A stretch of 64,000 nt of DNA from Euprymna scolopes (taxonomy: Eukaryota), in NCBI GenBank assembly GCA_053919585.1, contig CM132803.1. One strand, given 5' to 3'. Within the stretch, counting starts at the first letter, position 1, and every line of letters starts with the position of its first letter. The notes beneath the pieces are model-generated. The model did not search any database, was not told where the DNA came from, and worked only from the letters and a program-made list of their open reading frames with translations. This document shows positions 11,170 through 22,199 of this stretch, piece by piece. The position numbers and the translations under genes were made by a program.

Positions 11170-11460
11170 CTAGTTTTGCTTTCAAAATCTTTGTAACTTT
11201 ACCACCATTCTTTGTCACACTGCTGTAAGAATTTTTTAGAATGTCCCTCAGCTCTGTCATTACAGATCATTAATGATCTGCATGCCTTTAAAACAGATTT
11301 CCTTGATGATCTCTTTGAGGTTTGAGGAAAAAATGTCATATGGAGCAAGATCATGTGAATCGAGTGATTGTTCTGATGCAGCAATATTTTTGTTGGTCAG
11401 GAACTGCCAGATGTTCAGGATGTTGTGTGGGCAAAAATGAGGTGTGAACAAAACCATGTG
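11170..11460 (-). mobile_element. Mariner-type transposase remnant
   Basis: Minus-strand SLDSHDLAPYDIF..NLKE resembles the mariner PYSPDLAPxDFxLFxxLK motif, followed by LQQCDK (RWDKC-like). Boundaries are uncertain. Confidence 0.55.
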
Positions 11461-12944
11461 GAAACAAATGTAAAAGATGCAGAAAACTAAAATTACAGTT
11501 CTATACTCCGACGACATCAAGCTAAATGCTCATGCTCATGCCTTTTTCACATATAGCTCATATGGCACGACCAGTCCCTTTACTTTTCAGACATGCCTTA
11601 TATATTACATTTTCATATAAACATATACAACACCTGATCTGTTGGGTCAGTGCTGGTGATTGTACTTTAGTGCATACATTTGTGTTCTTAATTAATTGTG
11701 AAGGTAAATAGATATTTTAAAAGTACATCCAGGAGAGAATAAAATTACTGCTTTTAATTTAAGGGGAAATTAGCAAGATTTCATGAATAAATGTTAGATA
11801 TGTCAGTTAAGACCAAAAGGTAAACACATTTTTACCATTTTTAATACTGCTGCTGAATAAAAAATATATTTATGTCATCCAATCAAAACTCTTGTTGCTA
11901 TGGTAACTGATCAGACGTGATTCTTTTCAGGTTGACATTATTTACATCATTTATTAATGTCATCCCCTTATATTGTTGTTGCTACTACTATTCCCTCTTT
12001 TCATTTCTTGTCTCATTCAATGTGCAGACAAGCATACAAGATTATCAATGTTTTAGTATTATGTAAATATATTTAAATATTTGTATTTGCATGAAGTTTA
12101 TTTAAACCAGTATTAACTATAAACCTATATTTATGAGACATAACAATTTGAAATGTGTGTGTGTTTATATATATTTATAAATTGTTTTATTTTTTATTAT
12201 CAGTGTTTTTTTTGCTCTCATTTTAAAAAAGAGTAAATGTTTTAAAATGTAAGGAAAAATTTTTTAAATTTAAAACAAAAAATGTCATTTTTTTTTTAAT
12301 TTTACCTAAAATAGAAATATATAATCAATTACCACATGAAAACTATTAGACAAATATGTATGAAGTTTTCTGTTGACGCCATTTTAAACCTTGATGATGT
12401 TTTATGTATACTACTTTTTGAAAGCCAACACACCAAATTGAAAATCCACTTTTCTACGAAAAGTAGGAAGAATATGGTACTTGTTTATTTTGGAGAATGA
12501 GGTATAATTTAGCATGTTTGTTAGGGCAGGTATTTTTTTTTTATAATATTTCTAATTAAAGATAGTCCTTATACAGCATTAATAATTCTATCAAGTTTAT
12601 CATGGCAATATATGAAAAGCTATATGACAGATATCACAAACAATTTCAATTCTAAGCAATGTAATACATGATTTCTGATTCAAAGTACTCTACCCTTAAG
12701 TCTAATGCATTTTCCAATCATCCTCATATCATACATGTTAAAGGAATTCTTATTAGAAAATCAATGTCATCATCTAAGAAGTCAATGATTATCACCTGAA
12801 ATTTTCTCATTAAATGTATACAGAATGTTTACTTTTATTTTTAGACTTTGTTTTAGTTTAATTTAAATTAGTGATACATTCCCAAATAGTAATGAACTCC
12901 ATTTAAAAGTATATGGATATTCTTTCCATTCTTTAAAAGTAGTG

Positions 12945-13145
12945 CGTGTAGCATGGTGTTGTGGTTATAAGTTCAGACTATGACTCAGTGTGCTGGATTT
13001 AAGTTCTGTTGAAGCTATTGAATTACTTCACTAATACCTTTAGAAAAGATATGAATTGATATATTATTCTTTTTCTATCTATAACAGAATTAACCAGACT
13101 CTCAAGTCTTTGTTGTGCAACAAGTAGAAGGAAAACTGTGAAATA
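12945..13145 (+). mobile_element. Degenerate tRNA-derived SINE-like element
   Basis: A-box-like TGGTGTTGTGGTTA and a degenerate B-box-like region, then a body TAATACCTTTAGAAAAGATATGAAT...GAAGGAAAACT. Recognised by pattern only. Confidence 0.4.
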
Positions 13146-13436
13146 ATACCAGTATTTCTCTACTGATCCCAGCATTGTTTTCAGTTTACCTGGACTTTTC
13201 CTTTTCCTGACTTATACAAGGCTGATTCAGGAGAGCTGTGCTTAGAAATTATACAATGCTTGTTTTACTGTAGGTACCCTTCTAGGGGGTATCTATTATC
13301 TTTTGAGACAAAAAGGAGACTTAAACTTTAAAAGTAAATGACAGTTTATTTTGGATAATTAAACAACGCATGCTTTAATGTTTTTTTATAATTTGATGCT
13401 TAAACCTTTTTTTTTTTACTGTATTTATTTTTTCAG

Positions 13437-13729
13437 ACATGTATCCTTCACAATACTGCAATTCCCCTCCTTCACAAAGTTATCCTCAGCAGAACACAGA
13501 GATGAAGTCCTTAGAACACACTGTCAGTTATCCTAGTGATACTACTATAGTAGCTAGAGGTTTTTATACACCCTACATAAATGAAAATATTTCTCAAGCA
13601 GATTCAAAGTCTTACTCAGGTGTTGAAAGCAACAGTGGTACTTCTAGTAGACTTGTAAACTCAAGGAATTTACCTGCAAGTGGTAGTCAAATTTCTATCA
13701 ACAGGCCACTGCCTCCTGTGCCTCACTAA
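13437..13729 (+). CDS. Pcdh: Protocadherin gene 2, terminal exon 4
   Basis: tttttCAG|AC ATG TAT; YPSQYCNSPP...RPLPPVPH*; total CDS 2844 nt in frame. Confidence 0.9.
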
Positions 13730-14366
13730 ATTATATTTTTTTAGTTACATGTTTATTAGATGTTTTTCTCAATAAGATTTATATTAATTATTAAATGCAA
13801 ACATTTTTTTTTTTCAAATATTTTAACTTAAATAGTCTTAGCATTAAAAAAAGTGTGACATTATGCACATTAAAATTATTCTTATTTTTTTACACAACCA
13901 AATTATAAAATATTTAAAATCTTCAGTTAATAATTTAGAAAAATACTTTTCAAAAATAATATTACTATGTTTCAATTCTATATTTCTTCATATATTTAAT
14001 TTTAAATTTTAGAAATAATATTAAAAAAAAGAAGCCTAATGTAAATTTAATTCAAAAACATTTTTTGAATTCATAGAAAATCCTGAATTGGTTTAATAAT
14101 CTTTCCGTAATATTTTCCTCTACACAATATATATACAACTATTTAATTTACTTCTAAATATATTATAAATTGCTTAAACTATCAAAATTTAGTTATGGAG
14201 TACATATTAATTCTGTAATTTCATTAGAGAAAGTTAAATTGACTTAATAATGTAAATAAGAAATTACTTAGAATTTCTTCATATGACATCAAATCGTTTT
14301 ACTTCATTGTTAGAGTGATAGAGAGAAGAAAGTAGATTGTAAGGGAAGAATATCCTGTTTGCATAT

Positions 14367-14665
14367 TGCATCCTGGGAACCCATCATATTTTTTTTTTAA
14401 TTTACCTTATTTTTTACATATAAATATGCAAATATTTCTATTTGAAAAAATATGTTGAAAGTATAAGATCAAATAAATATTATTTATTTCATAAGAAATG
14501 CACCCCTCCCATACTCTAAGAAATAATATAGTAGCCATTACTCAGCTAACACAGTAGGTAGGACTTTATACAACTCCAAAAAAAATATATACTACCGGAA
14601 TATACCAACATCGAAAGTGTACCAGCTGAATTGCTGTCAGATGACATGAACAAATTAAGATTAAA
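14367..14665 (+). promoter_or_regulatory. Putative promoter and non-coding exon 1 of gene 3
   Basis: TGCATCCTGGGA 14367-14378; GTAGCCATT 14531-14539; donor TTAAA|GTAAGT at 14665/14666. Confidence 0.65.
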
Positions 14666-15612
14666 GTAAGTTGGTATATATTGAGTTTTTTTTTTTTAAT
14701 TTCCTTTGTCTCTTTTGTCATGTAAATGATGAAAAACATTCTAAAATTGAAACTGATGAATATAATAATGGTTGCTTTGTGTATGCTAGTTATTTTGCTG
14801 ATGAAAAATTTGAATATAATGATTTATTAAGTATTTTTAGAGTCAGACTTTATTTTATACACACTTCCTTTTTCCCTTTGTATTATTTATTGTCTTTACA
14901 GTGAAATAATATAAAATATTACAAACTCAACAAATAATTGATTATCAGAATTACAATACATTTCTTTTGGCATGATTGATTTCTTGTTTTTCTGTTTCTT
15001 CTTATAGATAGGGAATTTTAACTTGATTTATAAATCAAGTTAAATACATATTTTTAGAATTACCTAATATCAAATAAAATTTACAATGATATTATATCAT
15101 CTTATATCTCAGTTTATGCTATCTTAATAGTGTTCATTTTATAAACCTAATTGTAATCATTTTTTAAAAAAATATTTACTATGACTTTTATTAGTATAAC
15201 AAATGTCTCATTCATTAGATATATTTTAAAACAAATATTTAAGGATTTATATTGATTATTATTGGTATACTTTGTTGAGTCATTAAATAATTTATTTAAC
15301 ATTGAAATAATTAAGTTTTTAACAGTGTAAAACAATCTGATAATTTTTATTTATTCATTGCAGATTTTTAAAATGTGAATCGAATGATTATGTGATCAAT
15401 TTGATTGTTCCTAACATATAATTAGAAACATTTTTAAAAGATTATAAAAATATGGTGCAATATTTTAAATTTCGTTTGAGTTATTTGAAAACACTATTAA
15501 CTAAATTAAATATTATTTCAAAAGCTATTTGTAGATGCTTAATACAATGTTTTGAATATTTGGATTTCAGAGATGGTCAGCTTATGAATGTGTGAGGGAA
15601 TTTACTTTTAAA

Positions 15613-18009
15613 ATGATGCTGAAGATTATAGGTTTAATATGTATAATGATACATATTGGACTCTGCATAGATAAAACTTACCATGTGGAAGAGGGACGAC
15701 AACCAGGTACTTATGTGGGTGATGTTGCAAGCGATTCACAAGTGATGAAGGATATTCCTGATTCTGACCACAGCCTCATTGAATTCAGTCTTCTTCATAA
15801 AGGAGCTACTGGCAATTCTCCATTATTTAAAATATCAAAAAGAACTGGAAAACTTTACACTGCACAAACATTAGATGCAGAATCACTTTGTCATTTTGAA
15901 AAGGAATGTTTTCAAATGGTGAATATAGCAGTAAGGAAATCAACAACTGTTTTCAAGCTATTAGAAATCAAAGTAATAATACAAGACATCAATGATCATC
16001 AGCCAGAGTTTCCGGATAAACAAGTAAATGTAAAATTTGATGAAGATGTATTAATTGGCACAAAAGTTTCAATTCCAAATGCTATAGACAAAGACATAGG
16101 TATTATTAATTCACAAATTACTTATGAACTAAAGAAGACAAAAGATGATCCATTCATATTGTCTACAATGAAGAAAGTTGATGGAACATCTGATCTGAGT
16201 ATAGAATCAGAAGGACTACTCAACAGGGAGATCAAAGACACTTATTCAGTTCAAGTAATTGCAAAAGATGGAGGATCCCCACAAAAACAAAGTGCATTAA
16301 CTGTTCACATTTCAATCACAGATGTAAATGATAATACACCAATATTTTCTAAAAAGGTTTATAATGTTTCTATTGACAGCAAACACAATGAAGCCAAACC
16401 AGTTGTCATATTATCTGCTAAAGATTTAGATTCTGGAGAAAATGGCAAAGTAAAATATCATATTACGGCAAAAACAACTGAAAGCACAAGAAAGATATTC
16501 GACTTAAATGAAATTAATGGAGAATTATTTCTACATAAGAAAGATACAATAAATAAGGAAATGATATACAATTTGTATGTAGAAGCAAAAGATGGAGGTA
16601 ATCCACCTCTACGATCATTAGCAAAGGTTATTGTAATGATGATGAACCAGCAGAATAAAGCTCCATTAATAGATGTAAACTTTTTCTCTACATCCAGAGA
16701 AAACACAGTTGATATTTCTGAGGACATAAAAGTTGGTAGTTTCATTGCTTATGTAAAAGTAAGTGATGAGGATGCTGGTCAGAATGGAGAGGTGAACTGT
16801 GAAATAAAACATGATAAATTTCAGCTTCAGAAGATGGGAATCCTTAAATATCAAGTAATTGTAAAAAGTCCCTTAGACCGTGAAAGAGAAGAGCATCATG
16901 ATATTATAATAATGTGTCAAGATAAAGGATCTCCTCCTTTGAAAAGTAAAAGCAAGTTCTCTGTTAAAGTGATGGATGTTAACGATGTAGAACCAGTGTT
17001 TTCTAAACAATTATTTAAATTCTTCATTGATGAAAACCAAAGATCAAAAATTCCTATTGGCACAATCAATGCCACAGATCCAGACTTGGGACTTGGAGGT
17101 AAACTGTCTTTTTCTTTAGTGAGCACCAATAAACAATTTGTACCATTTCGAATCACTGAAAATGGATTAATCTCTTCAATTATGTCTTTAGACCATGAGT
17201 TTCAAGATACTTATAATTTTGAAGTGTTTGTAAAAGACAAAGGAAGTCCATCATTGAATAACACAGTGAATGTGATTGTTAAGGTGAGAGATGAAAATGA
17301 TAATGCTCCATATTTCACATTTCCCAGTGTTAATCCTTATAATATGGATGTAACATATTACCCGCATCATACAAAGAATATCAGCCAGATAAAGGCATCA
17401 GACAGTGACAGTCAAGAGAATGCATTTCTAAAATATGAAATAATCAGAGGCAATAGCAAACAGATATTCAGCATCAACCAGTACACTGGTTTGTTATGTT
17501 CAACTCATGTCCTAAGCCAACAAGATGCTGGCTCATATGAGCTAGAGTTTCTAGTGAAGGACAGTGGTAGCCCAGTTCTATCAGCCAGAACTACTGTATA
17601 TTTGAGACTGACCGTGAGCAACAAGACATCAGAAATGTTAAATGCTGTTAACATCAAAAAAGATAACAAGATCCACCTGACTTCAGCAATTATCATTGTG
17701 TCTGTAGCAGTGACAATAGCTGTGATCATTACAGCTTCAATCTCAGTGTGTATCCTTCGCTGTTGCAATCCTCGAAGTGTTCCAGTAGCAGAAGGCGGAT
17801 ATGTGAGTAGTGGTCAGAGACATTTGATAAGTCCTCCTTACCCAGCAAATCCTTGGTCTAATGTTGCTCTTCCTACAAGTGATGCAGTTGATATGAGAAG
17901 AAGCAGTCAACCACCAACACCCAGAATGCAAACCCATCCTTATTCAAGTGCTCAACATATGCTGTCTTCTCAAGCATCAAAGCCACAGCCAGTTTCAGTG
18001 TCATCTGAG
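15613..18009 (+). CDS. Pcdh: Protocadherin gene 3, exon 2 CDS; spliced protein 945 aa
   Basis: ATG at 15613 (MMLKIIGLICIMIHIGLC signal peptide); acceptor at 15570; six cadherin repeats and TM; donor GAG|GTAGGT. Confidence 0.95.
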
Positions 18010-18350
18010 GTAGGTTTATTTGCATTTAATCTTTATTATTGCAAATTTGTATATTTCATATAATATTAGTATGTTTATTTTAGCATCTTTATTTAAATAA
18101 GTATACATCTGCTACTTTTTACTTCTGTACTTTTGTTTATTCTAGTTTTTTAATGTTAATATTAACAAAATTTTTTCAATCTTTTTAAAATTGATTATGT
18201 TTATTGAAAGTACCGTATGTCATTTTAAGTACGCACTGTTTTTATTTTTGCTCTGTCAAATATTGCATTTTGACTTGTATATTTTTTGTTGTACTTTATA
18301 TGTTTAACTGCTTTTATCATTTCATAAATTATGATTTTCATTTGATTTAG

Positions 18351-18510
18351 ATGTATAATCAAGATATAGCACTGCCATCTAATAGTAATAGAAAAGACAA
18401 AAGGACAGGCAGAATACAAGAATATTCCAGTAGAAGTTCAATAAAATCTCACCTTGATGACAGGCAAGGATGGAACAATGAAAACTCAAGACAGGCTGAG
18501 GTTGCGTCAG
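18351..18510 (+). CDS. Pcdh: Protocadherin gene 3, exon 3
   Basis: tttAG|ATGTATAATCAAGAT; MYNQDIALPSNSNRKDKRTGRIQEYSS...VAS; donor TCAG|GTAAAC. Confidence 0.9.
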
Positions 18511-19435
18511 GTAAACTACATATTTTTCTATATTTTGCTTAATCTTTTATAATAATAATGCTGAATATTATTAATATTATAACTTAATTAATTAATGGTT
18601 GAATGCAAAATATTTTACTTTGATTCTTGCAGTACATTAAGTATTAATTAAACATATTACTGACACAATTAGAAACATATATATTCAGATAAACAGTAGG
18701 GTATAGATTGGTACATCCCAAACTTGATTTCCTGTCAATATAATTACTTAAATCATACATGGGTAATGATATTATATTAAGAGCTATTAAGTAAATCGAT
18801 CAAAAATACAATTAAATAACTTCAAATAGCAAATGTTGGAAGTGTTGAGTTGGAGAAACATTTCAAATAGACTAAGTGCCTCATTTAGCACCATAGCATA
18901 TTTTTGTTTTGAAATGAAAATGTAACCCGTAGATCATGACATGTTTTGGCCAGCCTATTCATGGATGAATAAGTCTGGTCACACTCGGTTGATGTAGGTA
19001 TTCTATGGATACGATGGGATTGGCTTAGTGAGCACGATTGTCTGATGATAGGACAAATATCTGTTTTATAATTTGTGAATAATCATAGTTTTTCAGAGTT
19101 ATAGCAATATTTATCTCCCCTTCTCAGATGTATAATGTTGTCTAGTAAGATAGTTTGTAATTAATATTGGTTTAGAGAATCCAGTGAGATTGCTAGAATA
19201 CAGATGCCCATCTCTATTTGCATAAAGCCGTTATATCCTAGTCATGAAATGTTAGTATTTAACACATGAAAAACAATTAGGACTGACTGAATGGAAAATT
19301 TGTTTTTCTCCAGTTTGTCCAGAAATAGAGAATATGTCATTAATGACTTTCCCATTTAACTGCTAACTTTCTGACTGAAATCAATGTCACATTTGACATA
19401 CCAAAATATCTCCCCTATCCCTTTTGCATCCCTCC

Positions 19436-19523
19436 ATACATTTGCTCGCTCACTGATGAAGATGATACATTTGCTCTCTCACTGATGAAGATGATACATT
19501 TGCTCTCTCACTGATGAAGATGA
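19436..19523. repeat. 29-bp tandem repeat x3
   Basis: ATACATTTGCTCTCTCACTGATGAAGATG starting at 19436, 19465 and 19494. Confidence 0.9.
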
Positions 19524-20049
19524 AACTTTTGTTTGAATCTAAGGAAAAAAATTTTTAAATCCTATAAAATTATTTTAAATTAAATTTAACTGCTTGTTTT
19601 TATCTCTTTATTTTGCTTAAACAAAATATTAATTTATACTTAGAAAACAGATTTTACAAGACATTCTTGTCTCCTTTTATTTTGATTTTTAATAATCATA
19701 TTGCCTTTATGATCATTCTGATGAAGATATCAACTTCACCATGGGAGGTTTATCAATCAGTGTTCCTTACTAGGACTGAGGACCCTAGCATGGAAAGGGG
19801 AGTAACTTTGAGAATTCTTTCTTTTCATTAATACTAATAAATGCATTACTAGTTAATTTTTTTCTTAACTTTTTAAATTTTCTATTTTATTTCTTAACTC
19901 TGTTTCCCATTACACTTATCTGAGTTCACCATTTGATCTAATCATTGCAATAAAATGTTGATTCAGTCCAATTTCTTTATTACACAAAAAGACAAGAACT
20001 ACTCACAAAATTCTTTGAAATGGTTTTCCTAAAAAGATATTTTACAGAG

Positions 20050-20900
20050 TTACAAGGCAAATGGAAAGAAAAAAAAACTTTGGAGACTCAAGATGTATTG
20101 ATGGCTGCAAAAACTTCTATCAGCAATAAACTACACAAGCATGGCCTTATATGGCATTGTCTAAAGAAAAAGATGCTCTGCTAAACAAATAGAGAGGCTT
20201 GATTGGAATTAAGTCATGAATATTTAGGTGAGCAAAAAAGGTTTTGTGAGATAAAAAATGAATTATTTGGAAAAAATTGAACTTATTAGATACCATCCAA
20301 AGAATACCATCCATAGTGTAAGGTTTGCTGGTGGAAGCATTATGGTATGGAAGTGTTTTTCTGATCATGATACTGCAACAGTAGTACAATAGTAGTAGGT
20401 ACTATGAATAGAGTGAATAGAGTGATGTATTACAGTATTTTAGCCATTCCTGGATATGACATTAAACTATATCCAGTGGTGAGGCCCCAGCTTGTGGGCT
20501 TTGGGGAGTGTGGAGCCACCCTTTAATTGACATTGCTCCGAGGTCCACTCAGACCCGGAGTGGTAGTACCTGTTAGGATACCAACTATGGGTTAAATAGA
20601 AACCGACTTGAAAACAACAAATATATTCTATTAAAAATTTTTTCTTTAAAATCACTGGATTCGGCATTAAATAACCTGAAAAGGGTTGATATGCTGTAAA
20701 ACAACCAACCAACCAACCAACTACAGTATTTTAGAAAAAAATCCGTTCACCTCCACCCAACAGTTGAGCTCATTTTGAACAACATAATGATTTAAAATAC
20801 ACTGCTCTTAATTTGAGCTCAAAATGGTTTACAAAGAACAAGATCAAAGTACTATAAAAGGCAGATCTGAATCTAATTCAAAATTTGTGACAACAAATTG
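20050..20900 (+). mobile_element. Tc1-family transposase remnant interrupted by a SINE
   Basis: VRFAGGSIMVWKCFS (~20320; Tc1 TVKHGGGSIMVWGCF), FEQHNDLKYT (~20775; FQQDNDPKHT), DLNLIQNL (~20865; SPDLNPIENLW). Confidence 0.75.
20444..20721 (+). mobile_element. SINE-like retroposon insertion with a 13-bp target-site duplication
   Basis: Exact TSD TACAGTATTTTAG at 20431-20443 and 20722-20734; 3' (CAAC)n tail. Confidence 0.85.
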
Positions 20901-22199
20901 AAAATTCTAATTTTATTTAAAAGCATAAGAAGCATAGTTGAATTAAAGAGTATTCCCTTATTTTGGCCTTTAGTCATCTCATTTCATGAGTGATGTTTCT
21001 GACAAAAGGGGAAAAATTGCTGTTTTCTGTATCAAAATCTATTGATATAACATTTATCATTGGCTAGTTTTTGACCTTGAAGTGTTTTTTAACTCCAGAC
21101 ATCAAGTAGCTTCATGTCTTGTCTAGAATAATTTCTATAGATAAAAATAAAAGTTAAGTTGCAAAGAGTTTGTAGACAATAATAACAAGCATGTTTTAAC
21201 CAAGAATGTATTAAGTTATGAAAACTGGTATATATAAATATTTTTTTTACTAGCAAAGTAAAAAATTGGATTTTTAAAGTTTTGTTGTAAATTGATCATG
21301 ATACATATTAACTAATTAATTGGAAAGAACTCATCTTTTTGCCATTGTTGGTTAGTTTGTTCATCTTCTGATTGTTTCAAAATTAGTTCATTTATTTTTC
21401 CTGAAACTTTTCATGAAAATTATATGATCATGAGCGCAGAAACTGAGACTTTTTTCAGTAAAATTTGTATTTGTCCTTTAAAAAATTAAAATGTCCCAAA
21501 ATCTGCATTTTTGCATCTTTCTAAAATTTCCTTAATTTGCCTTTGCTCAAAAATAATTTAATGGTCATTTATATGAATCAAACATTGGCGATCCTATAAA
21601 AACTTTGATTTATCCCAATATCTAAAATGCCATTTATTAGATTTTATCTCTCCAAAATCTACCAACAGTTGTGATTAACAATTATTTTTATATATATATA
21701 TATTTTATTCAAGTATTTCTAATCTTAAGAAAATATTCATTTTCCTCTCATGATGTTGACATTGCTTTTCCAAATTAACAAAAAATACAATTTTTCTTTT
21801 CTCACATTTATTAGAAATTTCCTTCATTATTTTTATTTTACAAAATTTACCAAAATTTTATGGTCACTGGTTCTTTACATAAATCAAACACTGATCACCT
21901 GAGGAAAAATATGGTTTTCTATTCTAGTGATGCAAAAATGCTTTAGCATTGGTAAAATTTGTAATTTTTTAAAATATCTAAACTCCCAGTTTTTAACTTT
22001 TGTTCCTTCCAAACAAGGCATATTGCCACTGAAATATAAGGAGATACTGTGATAAGGGCCAAATTTATAGAGGAGCAACATACATGTGAACTTGGGTAGC
22101 AAGATCTTTGTTCATATTATATTTAAATTTCTGCATATTGATACAGTTAACAAAAATAGGGAGGAAATTCCAAAGACAAGTAGTCCAATGAAAGAAGCT

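Noticed and set aside
19436-19540. CTGATGA in the 29-bp triple repeat as a hammerhead
   Set aside because: No convincing stem II, stem III/UH or stem I could be formed.
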